The position numbers were made by a program, and so were the translations under genes. A DNA stretch of 64,000 nucleotides, from the NCBI GenBank assembly GCA_965645245.1, contig OZ287074.1:1984001-2048000 (forward strand), read 5' to 3'. Below, one piece after another: positions 49,707-61,515 of the stretch. This DNA is from Massalongia carnosa (lineage: Eukaryota). The notes under the pieces were generated by a model. It saw only the letters and a program-made list of their open reading frames with translations, ran no database searches and was not told the DNA's origin. Position 1 is the first letter of the stretch. Each line of letters opens with the position of its first letter.

Positions 49707-51975
49707 TTATTTCAGCCCGCTATCGATCTGATTCACCACATTCTTGCTCGTGTACGCATCCCAATCTGTGCATGTCTGCGCCATAACCTGCGGGATCTGC
49801 TGCTGTGAGATATCTAGCGGCCGTTCCATGAAGGTCATGAAGAGACCTTGCGACAAATGAAATGCGATATGGCAATGGAACGCCCATGCACCTGGGTTAT
49901 CCGCGTTGTATTGCATCACCATGTGCCCGAAGGGCGAAAGATTGTGAGTGTCTCGACGCTGGGGATTTTGAGGGTTCACGATTGAGACACCGTCCCATTT
50001 CCCGGGGCCGGAAGCCAGCACCCACATATCATGGCCATGAAGATGCATAGGCTTGGCGCATTTCGTCAGCAGTCGCCAATAAAATGGCAATGGAGAAGAA
50101 ACTTACGTGTGGGGATGAGTTGTTGTTCCAAATGTTCACTCTGATACTACTGTTCGTGCCGAAGTTTACAACGTTCCATTTTGGGTCAAGTGGATAGGAG
50201 TAGTTCTTCTCGTCTGCGAGAAGCAGAATGGGATCGTTGTAGTCGCCCTGAAAGGGGCTGCCATTCATGACGAAGAGTTTATGCCCTGTCTCGTTGACGA
50301 TTGTATTGATGGTCAAGTCGTATGTGATGCTTGGGTTGGGAGGAGCCTCTGAGTAATAAGGCACGGTATTGTTAAGAGGGTCCTGGTCCTCGATTAGTAT
50401 ATTTCGAAGTAGATAGAGCAACGGCTACCTACATTTGCACACTGGCCATTGTCGGGTGGTGGGGGCCATGCAGTTGTTGTAGGTATCGTGCTTTCCGAAG
50501 CATTGTTCACCAGAACGACAGCCCGCGCAGCTGAGTTGAATGATCGAGAGCAGAACTTCCCGATCGACTGCGCGCGCATCCACACTGATCCATTCGTCTT
50601 GGGCCTGAAAAGTACATCCGACCTTTGGCCAGCCTTAAACCAAGGTCAGCACAGGCTTGAAGAATGCTCGAATCCGAATAGACCTACGCCAAGAAGTACC
50701 ATGGTAGTATCGTATGGTTCAAGATCAACAAAATCATTGGCAATGATTGTCAAAACGTGGTTGTCGATGCTAAAGCCAAGGAGTGAACCAGCGCCTGAAT
50801 TGATCAACCGTAACTTGTAAGTCTTTCCAGCATGCACTCGAAATTTGGAAAACGGCGCGTTAGGAGTGCAATGGCTCCCCGGCGTGGCCAGACTACAGTT
50901 GTACGGCATTCTGCCATTTATCAATGTATTATCCGTGGGATGTACTTGAAGAGTTGTATTGGTGCTCATTACTTATGTCGGCGTTAGCAGTCATCATGCA
51001 ACGGGGTGTTTTGCAAACTGACTATCCTCAGTAAGCTGCTCATATGGGGTGTGGAAATCTGCCTTAATCAGCAAACTGAACTGGAAACACGAAACAATGC
51101 GATGCTTACAGTCTTGAATCAGAATAGGCCCCAAATCCTCGTCAAATTGAACATGGGTTGGGCCGTAAACGACTAAAGGACCATAAATGCCATCTATAAG
51201 TTGTGAAGAGTAATGAGAATGATACCAGGAAGTCCCATAGGTATCGGCGATGAATCGATAGCTGGTTTAGTTGTTAGTAATACTATTCATTATCTTGGGA
51301 AGATATACGCACGTAAAGGTCGAGTTAGGGGCAATTGGACACTGAGTCAGACTAGGTACCCCATCCATCCAGGGTGTGGCCCTTTGTAACAGGCCATGCC
51401 AGTGGAGAGTCGTGCCTTCCTCAGGCGCGGTGATCCCATTGTGAACAGTCACTAAAGAAGCTCATTAGATATGTACATGGAAGGCAGAGCATTGCAGAAC
51501 TAGCTTACCTTGAATCTCGTCGCCCCAGTTGGCTTCGATCAATGGACCGGGAAATTGGCCGTTTATCAGGATGACTGGCCTGGAAAATCCATCCGGTGCT
51601 GCCGTCCCGCGACTAATTGTGAAATCGTAGAAACGGGTCACACCAGTCGTGGGCGGTATTTTCGGATCACTGTCTCGGGCACATTTGGTTCCCCAAGGAA
51701 AGCCATTCGGAAGAGGCTGTCAACACTTAGCAAGGACATTTCATCCAAATAACATGAATAGAGTTGCGACACACATTATTTCGCAGGAATCGCGGCAGAG
51801 TCCGTTGATGTAGAGTACCTAATGTCGAAGATCTAGATGTATCGTCAGTTTTGACGGGTCTCATGTCTTGAATTTTTGTAGGACATAGAACAAACCCTAA
51901 GATTGAAGACTGTGCCTGCGTCGAAGCAATGGCCAGGAGGGCAGCAAAGTGCGTGAGGAGTGTAGGACCGAACAT
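49707..51975 (-). CDS. laccase / multicopper oxidase (AA1), multi-exon, with signal peptide
   Basis: ATG at 51975; [42 protein letters not shown]-terminal DSGL(K) typical of ascomycete laccases. Confidence 0.93.
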
Positions 51976-52540
51976 GATATGTGATATGGCGTGTTCCAAT
52001 TAATTGACAGCGGATCAATCGATGCCATGACCTTGCCTTTAAAGCGTACCAGCGTACCGACCACATAGACTCAGGAGTAATGGCCAATACCGAGCAACAG
52101 TATGAAGGCATCACGGAGATACGTGTCCTTCGGGGACCGTGGGCGAATGATTAGGTCAAGCTCGAGTGATGAAAGTGTTGCTGTCGCCGGGTGGCTACGT
52201 GCAGTCCACCACAGCGTGGGATATTTATCTAACTAAGATTAACTTAGACTAGCGAGGCCACCGAAGCGGATCTTGGGGGCATGTAACTGTGTTGTATTGC
52301 TTCATTAACTAACCTACCAACGATAGCGAATGTACCTAGATACCAAACTGTGATAAATATAAATTGCATAGTACACAGTGCCATTTATTTTTATCACCTC
52401 GTGGCTATCCCTGGCCCACAGCGCCCGGCCCGAAAGCGAGGCGAAGCGAAGCGATGTGGGGAGCACGAATCGGTATTTAGACCCCGTCTTCTACTCTGTA
52501 CCTTACATTAGCTTGGTCTGTTAGTGTAGGCTTGAAGAAT

Positions 52541-52551
52541 TCGGTTTACGA
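52541..52551. promoter_or_regulatory. AflR-type site TCGGTTTACGA in the laccase/Ayg1 divergent promoter
   Basis: Identical 11-mer at 57431. Confidence 0.65.
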
Positions 52552-52893
52552 AGTGGAGACGCCATTCGCTGTCGGCCAGCTAATGTCAACCAACATCGGT
52601 TTCCAGAAAATGTCTGGATCTCTCATTCCGACATGCTTGGTTGAGCCTCGAATGCCTCAAACGGTCAGCCAAAACCGTCTAATTCGGGGCAGACCCGAGA
52701 ATCATGCCACGATCTGTTACAAAGTACATCCGGTTGATCATATAAAAAGCTTCCTCCTCCGCTATTATATCCTGCTGGCAATACTGTGTACTAACGCAAG
52801 CGTCAAATTTGAATATAATTTCTTCTGATAATTCATGCTCTGATTTCTTATACTATTCCTTACTTGATCTTGAACAGAACAGCCAAAACAGCC

Positions 52894-54626
52894 ATGCCTC
52901 CACCCTACCATATCGGCGTGCCTACGGCAAAACACGGCGAGCACCATAAGTCAATCACTGCTCTCTGGGAGCTCAAATGGAAGAAACGAGTGCGCTCTGT
53001 CCCACATTGACGCTATTGTAGTGTGTACTGTGCTAAATATAAGATAGGCATCGTTAGGGATCTACCCGTTCATGGAGGGGAAATTGGAAGACCTGGAAGA
53101 AGTTTTTGCCCACTTTGAGAAGGTACAAACATAAAATGAATCCAAGTCCTCCTTTCTCTCTAAAAACTGATGGCTTAATAATTTGTGCGAAGAACGATCT
53201 TAATCCCCCGTACGACTTCGACCGCTACGCAAAGCCATTCTTTCCTGTTGCGGGAAGGCTCGAGAGCCTGGCAGCGCAGGCCGAGGAGCAAGGAGACACA
53301 GCGAAAGCCGCAGAGCTTTACCTGCGAGCTGCATGCGTCTATCGGACAGCTAGACAGCCAGCACCATCATGTGACGCGCAAAAGCTGGCTTGGCAGATGC
53401 AGAGGATTGCGTTCTACAATGGCGCCAAGTCAGTGCATTATCCATTGCATGGCCGAGTCTGAAATAATTAATATCACATTGTACGCAGATACCTGGATCC
53501 TCCCTTAACGGAGCGCCTAATCCCCCATACTCACGCAAAGCCTTTCACTCGCGAAATGTACACCGTAATCCCTGTGACGGTGCGAATTCCGTCAAATGCC
53601 GCCCCTGGAACAAAATTTCCAACAATCTTGACCATCTACGGCCTAGACGGGCACCGTCTGGAGCATGCCATGCCTTCCAGCCACCACATTGCCAACGGCT
53701 GGGCCTCTGTCGCTGTCGAGATCCCGGGCACTGGTGACTGTCCTGCAGACGCCAACGATCCTACCAGTCCCGAACGCCTATGGAGCAGCGTCCTAGATTG
53801 GATGCGCGAACAGCCGTGGATTGACTCGAATCGTATTGCCGCCTGGGGTGTCAGCTGCGGGGGGTATTATGCAATGAGGATCGCGCACACACACAAAGAC
53901 CTTCTTGCCGGTGTGGTCGCGCAGGGTGGCGGATGCCACTACATGTTTGACCCTGAATGGTTGGAGATCACGCGATTTATGGAATACCCTTTTGAGTGAG
54001 TGATTAAATCATTTACGAACCTACAGATAAGCGTGGTCTGGAACCGCTAACACTGCCACTAGCCTTTCCCAAGTCCTGGCCTCAAAGTTCGGCTATCCTG
54101 ATATTGAGGCTATGAAGGTAGACTCGAGGAGGAGGTTCTCGTTGCTTGAAAACGGCATCCTGGATCAGCCTTCAACCAGACTACTTTGTATCAATGTATG
54201 TCAGCTACTTGAAAGATTCGACATCTAGGACTTCGACCCTCACTGACACCCTGTCTGTAACTACAGGGAATGCTCGATGAACTGTCTCCCATCGAAGACA
54301 GCATCCTCCCGACACAACACGGCAGTATCAAAGACGTGCGGTAAGTTGAAAACTCCGACACTCCTTTTTTCTGCTTTTCGGATTTCACCACCAAGCAGAA
54401 GTCTTGCGAGGGTGTAGAGTGTATTTTAGGCTTAATCACTGACTGAGACCTCTTTCGAATCAGATTCTATCCCGATCTGAAACACATGGGCGAGCCTGTC
54501 GCGAGGAAAGACATCCTAGCTTGGGTCAACAAGCTGTTCAGGTCTATCCCAGCCGGCAGCCCTGAGGAATTGGAAAAGACAGAAGTCAAGACAACGGCGC
54601 TGGTAGTAAATGGACATGGTCCGTGA
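52894..54626 (+). CDS. ayg1: Ayg1-like alpha/beta-hydrolase (polyketide chain-shortening family), multi-exon
   Basis: HHKSITALWELKWK, GIYPFMEG, LYLRAACVYR, GLDGHR, EIPGTGDCPAD..DPTSPERLWSSVLDW, nucleophile WGVSCGGYYA, EYPF, HMGEP; ATG 52894, TGA 54624-54626. Confidence 0.88.
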
Positions 54627-55572
54627 ACGAAAATGAAGCGAATGGGCGGTGTAAGAGAAAGAGGAAGGTAAAGACCGGTCGGGAAAAGCAGGGACAGATT
54701 GTCATTTACCCAGGGCTACGTCCGTTTGGCTCAGGATACGATATCGCATCTCTCTATACATTATCTTAGCGCAATTCGTTTTATTTCGCGTGTAGAATCA
54801 GCTTTGTCCTTTTCCAAAAACGCATTACCTACTCTACACACTTTATCCAAAGTACCCAAGTAATATCAGAATCTATTCCGGAGAAGTTATTTGCCTACTT
54901 CTCCTCTCCCCCACCCCCCTTCCTCACCAAAAAGGCATTTTGTCGCACGCACGAGACTCACCTGCAATGATCTTTATGTGTAACGCCGTGCTTGTCTTGA
55001 CTCATGGATAGATGACTGGAGAGAGAGGTAGGGTAAGGGTGTGGGATTTATATTTTATATGTTCATGTGTTTATGTGTCTATATACGTGACGCAATAGTT
55101 GCCTACCTATAGATATGGCTAGAAAAAAGGTTTATAGATATCAACTAACCAACGAGGTCAATTATTCTATTCCCAGGGGCCGGAAAGGGGCCGGAATAGG
55201 GAGAAGGGGAAATTACCCGGTGTTCGGCCTAGGGCCTTATCACATGACTCAATTGAGTCCAGTTTCTTAATTATAGCTCGTGCTCCATCCACATAAGTTT
55301 ATCATCCTTCACTAACCTCCCCAAAAAAAGAATCACCATAGGCAGTTCATGAAGTGAGAGTATGTTATTCATTTCAAGTTCTTTGAAAAGCTATAAAATC
55401 AGGCTTGACGCGACGCACATCATAATCATGAAGCTCTAGGTTTCGGAAGCACTTTACTAGTTATACAGAAGGAATTCGATACATCATGAAGGGCGGCTAA
55501 GGATAATCATCGGACGCACCCTAACGACTAAAGTCTGCGAACCTCTCTCACCCACCTCCCCTCGCTCCCAAC

Positions 55573-57173
55573 TTAATTCACCGCTCGCAGTTGCGAGTAT
55601 AGAGCGGTTTCAAGATCCAACAAACACTGGGTGAACATTCGATCTCCTGGAGGAGCGAGCTGTGTCGTCAATAGGCCGCCGATCCCAGAGGAAGGGTCGA
55701 TCCACTATGACCCGTTAGCGATGCAACGTGGAACCAAACCACCCGTAGATATCCATCGAGATGCGGACCGCCATTATGTAGAAGGGGAGAAAGAGACAAG
55801 ACATGGCACTTACAGCATGCAAACCAGACGAGCCTGCCCAATTCATCGAATTCTTCAACCGCCGACCCGGGAAGTCATCCAAGCTAATCGAGGAGCTGAG
55901 TCCAAACGTGCCGTCGTATCCATCCGGCCATGTTTGGCGTAGATGGTACTTTGCACGTCCGTCGATGACCTGCATGAACGCGGCATGGGTCTCATCGTCC
56001 AATTGCTTCTTCAGCATCTCAGCAACGCTTTCCCGCTTGACGATGTTACCCCCGCCTGCTAGGACTTCTTTCAAGACCTTGAGGAGATCGTTAGGTGTGC
56101 TATATAAGCCCATGCCTCCAATGCAGTCTTTAGCGGGAAGAGCAAGCAGGTGGTGGCCTCCGCCGGCCATGAGTGCGCCGGTCTTGGGGTCACGGGTTGC
56201 GTGTTCCATCTTGCGGGACAGATAGCCGTCGATATTTTCGGGCCGGAAGGTGGTCTCGTGCATGTCGAGTTTGGAGAATATATTCTTCTGCATGAACTCT
56301 TCGAGTGTTAGGCCACTTAATATCTCGACCTGTGGTTCAAAGAATGTGTCAGTCAGTGCGGTAAGAGGAGACCTAGCTCATGGGTTGCCATACCGCGCGT
56401 CCGGCCCAGTCCATTCCGGGACCATAAGCCCATCCACGGCCCGGCTTGTGGATCAACGGATGCATGTAGCCTTCCTAGGATGTGTTAAATGTGTCTATTT
56501 TTCCAGACGTATTGAGGAGCCCACATAGCTACCACAATGTGAGTGGGCTGTCCTCCCAACGCTACGGGACCACTCCATCAAGCCCGTATCGAACACGTCG
56601 TATGTGAAGCCACTCGTGTGATTTAATAGCTGGCTACTTGATGTTAAATACTGAAACTAGAATCTACGACGTGTAAACATACCGCAACGAAATTGGCTCA
56701 ATGACATCCTTCAAGATTGGCTTTCTCGGCTTACTGTCCGAGTCCTCAAAGCCAACGAGGAGCTTAACATCTCTCAGCTCGGGAACGATTTCCCGGACGT
56801 TATCATCGAGGCCAATCAGTCCTTGGTCAACGGCTATCATACATGCCAGCGTAGTAACAAGCTTCGTGAGAGAAGATGTCCAGATCGGAGTGTCTGTTGA
56901 AAGTGGTTCGCTTTTGGGGTCTAACTTCCCGGTTCCATACGCCCTGGAATAAAGCGTATCACCTGCGGAGAGCATGCAGTATCAGCATCAGCCGAATATT
57001 CCAGAGCTTGGAGATAGCGGTAGCATATTGCAGGAGAAGGTTGAGAAAAAATAATACCTACCCTTGTTGTTGAAAACAGAAAATGAGACTCCTTGCAATG
57101 GATTATGTAGTTCCGACGTATTCTTCTTCAAAACTCGATCCAACTCTTGCAAATCAAGCTTCCTTTCAGCCAT
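55573..57173 (-). CDS. serine beta-lactamase/transpeptidase-fold hydrolase or acyltransferase (LovD/EstB-like), multi-exon
   Basis: SxxK motif WTSSLTKLVT; LLNHTSGFTY; GGMGLYSTPND; WAG; WIDPSSGIGG..Q..PPGD; ATG 57173, TAA 55573-55575. Confidence 0.85.
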
Positions 57174-57430
57174 CTTGTGCTGTTCGGTGTAGACTAACTT
57201 CCCCACGAGCCAATTGATGAACGAGATCAAGGGCATAATGCGGGCAATATGCACGACGTAAACCAATTCCTGATCCCATCATCAAGCTCCTGGTCCCTAT
57301 ATATTCTGTTTTATAGACGAAGTATCCTTTGCAACGACATTCCATGCCAATGGTTACATTCCTCGGTAAGCCTGGTTGGAGGAAGTCCAGGGTCTTGGCA
57401 CGCGGCGCACCACCCAATCATACGCAATCC

Positions 57431-57441
57431 TCGGTTTACGA
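57431..57441. promoter_or_regulatory. AflR-type site TCGGTTTACGA in the hydrolase/monooxygenase divergent promoter
   Basis: Identical 11-mer at 52541. Confidence 0.65.
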
Positions 57442-57738
57442 AAAATGAAAATAGACAACACCCGATCTTCCATTGCAAAGCCGCTTCTCTTTTGTTTAGC
57501 GATGGGTTATTTCAATGTGACAGGAGCGATAGAGACCCCGTGAGGCTGAGTCAGTGTCATCGGCCCCCATTGTAGGTTGGATCGTTGACTCGGGTACCTA
57601 AAGCATGCACAAGACAATGTCTCCCGTGGGGAATGCGATAGAAAAGGAGATATTGAGCGCAATAAGAATAAGTGACTCCGCACATCGACAAAGCTCTGTA
57701 AACTCGCAATACTTTCTACTTTACCCCTATCAGTCATC

Positions 57739-58971
57739 ATGTCTCCAGCACTTACCCAGTTGCCGTCGCGCGTTCTTATTGTCGGCGGAGGTCTCGGCGG
57801 TCTTGCACTGGCCCATGGCCTTAAGAATTCATCCATCCCCTTCCATGTTTTTGAACGGGATCCTACACCCGACTTTCGAGCCCAAGGCTACCGGCTGAAG
57901 ATCAACCCGGACGGGGCGGCGGCTCTGAAAAGCGTACTCAGCGCGGAAATGTGGGAGTACTTTGAGCAAACCTGTACCGACAGCAAAGTTGGTGAAACCG
58001 ACTTCAACGCCATTGACGCCTCGATAATCTCAAGCCGCGCCGGCCCCGGAGCTCGCGGGGGGCCGAAGATATGGACCGCTGATAGGACGGTCTTGAGAAG
58101 AATTTTGCAGGATGGATTAAAGGGTGACATCTCCTACGGAAAGCAACTCAATTCCTACACGATCACAGATGACGGTGTAATTGCCGAGTTCGCCGACGGC
58201 AGCTCGGAGGAAGGCGTCCTCTTGGTTGGTGCCGACGGCGTCGGTTCCGCTGTCCGCAAACAATACCTTCCCAAGCATAAACCCTTGGACACCAACGGGA
58301 GCTGTATCTACGGCAAGACCCCATTGACGCCCGAGCTCATGGAACGGTTTCCGGCGCGTGCTGTCAAGTGGATGACATTAGTCCTGGACAGAACGCCAAT
58401 GACGCAGACCCTGGACGTGGACGAGACCCCGCTAACATTACTGCTGGAGCCCATTCGATTTCAAAAGAACGAGCAGAGGAGCACGCTGCCAATGGACTAC
58501 ATCTATTGGGTTCTCATCGCTCGCACCGCTGTCTTCGGCCGAGAACGTGGCGAGCTGCTGCGCCTGGATCACGAAGAATCTGCGCGCCTCTCCCTTACCC
58601 TCACTGAAGAATGGGATCCTTCCTTCCGCGCTTTGTTCGAACTCCAAGACATCACGCAAGCATCGACCTTGCGAGTCGCGTCTGCCAACCCGAACATTGC
58701 ACCGTGGGAGCCTTCATCGCGGGTGACGTTGATCGGCGACGCCATCCATGTCATGTCGCCGTGCGGAGGCGTGGGCGCGGTGACCGCCATCCGCGACGCG
58801 GCTCTGCTCTCTCGCATTATCGGCGAGGAGGGCATCACGGCCGCGAGTATCGGCAATTACGAGAGCGAAATGAGGGTCTACGCGCGGATGGGGATCGAAC
58901 GCAGCTATTTCGGCGGGAAGAAGATGTTTGCCCAGCGTCCTTTCGAGGAGTGTGAAGTTCTGGACATGTAG
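57739..58971 (+). CDS. FAD-dependent monooxygenase (group A aromatic hydroxylase, CTB7-like)
   Basis: VLIVGGGLGGL Rossmann motif, FERD, QGYR, LVGADGVGSAVR, VTLIGDAIHVMSP..GVGA; intronless 410 aa. Confidence 0.92.
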   Translation: MSPALTQLPSRVLIVGGGLGGLALAHGLKNSSIPFHVFERDPTPDFRAQGYRLKINPDGAAALKSVLSAEMWEYFEQTCTDSKVGETDFNAIDASIISSRAGPGARGGPKIWTADRTVLRRILQDGLKGDISYGKQLNSYTITDDGVIAEFADGSSEEGVLLVGADGVGSAVRKQYLPKHKPLDTNGSCIYGKTPLTPELMERFPARAVKWMTLVLDRTPMTQTLDVDETPLTLLLEPIRFQKNEQRSTLPMDYIYWVLIARTAVFGRERGELLRLDHEESARLSLTLTEEWDPSFRALFELQDITQASTLRVASANPNIAPWEPSSRVTLIGDAIHVMSPCGGVGAVTAIRDAALLSRIIGEEGITAASIGNYESEMRVYARMGIERSYFGGKKMFAQRPFEECEVLDM

Positions 58972-59539
58972 CGCGCGTGAGGCCATTTGTTGTCAGGTCA
59001 TCTGTTTTATCATTATGTTATCTGTTCCATTAAACTATAGGTTCCTTTGCAAGCGGGATACGTCAATTCATAGATTGATGATAGTTACCTATGTATTACA
59101 TATCTAGTTATATACTCAAGCACACCAATCAATCAATCCTCCCTCTAAACCCACCACTCCCATTACATATTTGATTTCTATTTTCAGCTAAATAAATCGC
59201 ATGCCAGTAATAATCTGTAGAGGTTGATGATAATATCTGTTGATATATGGTATCCTCATGATGTTAAATTTTCATTTGAATAATCAGACTCAACAAGGTG
59301 TTCCCTATTACAAAGTTCCTAGATTCCTTATCGCATGAAGCTTATAGTTTTATATTTTATTGTAAAAAAGAAAAGACACGAGATTTGGCTGGGCGATAGT
59401 TAAACTTGATGCTTCAATGTTTCAGCCCAGTCATAACCTGTGTATGTATAAGTATTTAATTAGTTAGTTCCGTAACGTTGACCCCAAAATACACGTATGC
59501 GTATAACTAACTAGAGCAATGTCCACGGATCTATCTCTC

Positions 59540-59550
59540 TCGGTTCCCGA
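59540..59550. promoter_or_regulatory. AflR-type site TCGGTTCCCGA upstream of the EthD gene
   Basis: TCG-N5-CGA, same 11-mer as the reverse complement of 30373-30383. Confidence 0.6.
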
Positions 59551-60151
59551 CGTTGTATGTGTATACAGAAACATGTATACCATACTTACATACATACACA
59601 CGTACAACGATACATTTCTTCTCGCAAGCATAGATCAATAGAGATATACATAGGATGGAGGAATAAATGAAGGCTTGGATGGGTCAATGAAACCAGCCCC
59701 ATCTGCGACATGCGCACCCGCACATGTACAGAGTACGGAAACCGAACACTGACCACCACCCCTCAGTCCCAGACCCGGTGTATTGTGGTACTTTGCTTTG
59801 CTTACTGGCTTTTCGGGCTTACTTCCTTCTGGGCTTGCTTACTTTCGGTGTTATGGTAGGTATGTAGGTATGCATACAGGATTCGTCCCTTCGTTACAAA
59901 GGGGGAGGGACTTTGCTCGTCGAAGGATTTTTCTTCTTCTTTATCTTCTCGGACTGGAATCAAAGCTTTCTCGACGATTGTTTTATCTCATTTCATTTCA
60001 TTTTATTGCCTATCTATTTCCAGGATATTTCATATCTATATCTCTCTATCGAGGTACCAAGGTATTCTCGCAAAAGTTCATCCCCTCTCACGCTTGGGTA
60101 GCTATCTAGCTAGCTCGCTTCTTCCGAAAGAAAAAGAAAGAAAAAAGAGAA

Positions 60152-60856
60152 ATGACTTCCCAGCCCACCACCACCCCTCAGCGTCTGCTCTGCTGGACGG
60201 TCTGCGCCTACCGCAAGCCCGGGCTCAGCGAGGAGGAATACCACAAGCACATGAGCGAGATCCATGGCCCCCTAGTTAAGGAACTCATGGTCAAATACAA
60301 CTTTGTGCAATGGTCTATGGTAAGTCGAAGGAACTCATCAATTGATCTCTTGAAAGTGAAAGAGAGAAACCTCCCCCCCACCAATATATCCGCAAAACTG
60401 AAAGCTAAACGAGGACAACAGACGCACAACACGTCCGAAACGCGCGCGCTGATGCAGCAGCTCGTGGGCCCTCAGTTTGAGGGCTCGGCCGACTACGACT
60501 GCATCGTGCAATGCATGTTCCACGACGTGGGCGATTTCGTGCGCATGAAGCAGGACCCCGTCTACCGCGAGCTGGTGATGCCGGACCACGAGCGGTTCGC
60601 AGATACGACGCGTTCTAAGTATGTTTGTCGTTTTTTGTGTGTGTGTGTGTGTGTGTGTGTTTGTGTATGTGTGTGTAACTTTGGTGTAGAAGAAATTGGT
60701 GGTGGTAGTGGTGGAGATTTAGTTGGTTGTTTTTTTATTTTCAGTGTAAGACGGAGTGCTAATTTTGGTTTTTGCTGTGATATGTATAGGATGACGGTGG
60801 GCTGGATCGAGGATCATGTGCGCGATGGGAAGGTGGTTGGTCCCTCGGGGGAGTGA
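60152..60856 (+). CDS. EthD-domain protein (polyketide dehydratase/decarboxylase family), about 143 aa; introns 60320-60421 and 60619-60789
   Basis: YRKPGLSEEEYHKHMSEIHGPLV, DYDCIVQ, DPVYRELVMPDHERFAD, MTVGW; both GT-AG introns are multiples of 3 without stops, so the ORF track reads through them. Confidence 0.88.
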   Translation: MTSQPTTTPQRLLCWTVCAYRKPGLSEEEYHKHMSEIHGPLVKELMVKYNFVQWSMVSRRNSSIDLLKVKERNLPPTNISAKLKAKRGQQTHNTSETRALMQQLVGPQFEGSADYDCIVQCMFHDVGDFVRMKQDPVYRELVMPDHERFADTTRSKYVCRFLCVCVCVCVCVCVCNFGVEEIGGGSGGDLVGCFFIFSVRRSANFGFCCDMYRMTVGWIEDHVRDGKVVGPSGE

Positions 60857-61515
60857 GGGTGGAGTTGAGGGCCCGAGGGTGGGGAGACGAGGGAAGAAAG
60901 AGGGGAAGAAGGGGGGGAATTGCCTGCGGGAAATCACTTAAAAGGGGTAGATAGTTATGGAGGATTCACCATTGTTTTGATAGTCTCCGTGCAGTATTCT
61001 GATTTGGGGTTAGGGACTGTCCTCCATCGCATCAACCATTTTGGGGGGGTTATCGTGCACTGCAACGTTGACCAGTTATCATGATGAAAACCTGGGGCTG
61101 TTATTTTTCGATGTTTTTCTTGATTGGGTTTTGGCTGGTTGGCTGTGGAGGAGGGGAGGGGGAGGGGGAGGGAAGTTCCATGGCTGTTTGAATGAGAGCT
61201 TGCTCCTCGAAAATCTCGAAAGATCTCAAGGTTTTGGAGCGAGTGTTTTTGGGGGCCGGGTTTTGGACTGTTTACTGCGTTATCCCTGGTAGGTTGTCGC
61301 GCTGACTTGACTATAACAATAGCACCTGCGGTTGGGGGATAGAATTGATAGTGGATGTACAGTCTTGATCAACCACTCAACTAGAGTTCTCATCATCACC
61401 ACTTCCTAACTTCTTCTTTACCTGCTCGCGAGGCGAGCAGTGCTCGTGACTAGCTAGACCTTATTCACATCACCACGTTGCAAGGTCCCTTCAGCAGCAT
61501 CAATCCTTCGCGACG

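Noticed and set aside
18157..54626. Standard DHN-melanin cluster (PKS, Ayg1, laccase)
   Set aside because: No scytalone dehydratase or hydroxynaphthalene reductase in the window, and many unrelated tailoring genes plus an AflR-type regulator are present.
55573..57173. Metallo-beta-lactamase thioesterase or antibiotic-resistance beta-lactamase
   Set aside because: It has the serine SxxK motif, no HxHxDH was seen, and the PKS has its own TE.
60152..60856. 234-aa EthD protein with a CVCVCV tract
   Set aside because: The tract is a (GT)n microsatellite in an in-frame intron; the spliced product is about 143 aa.
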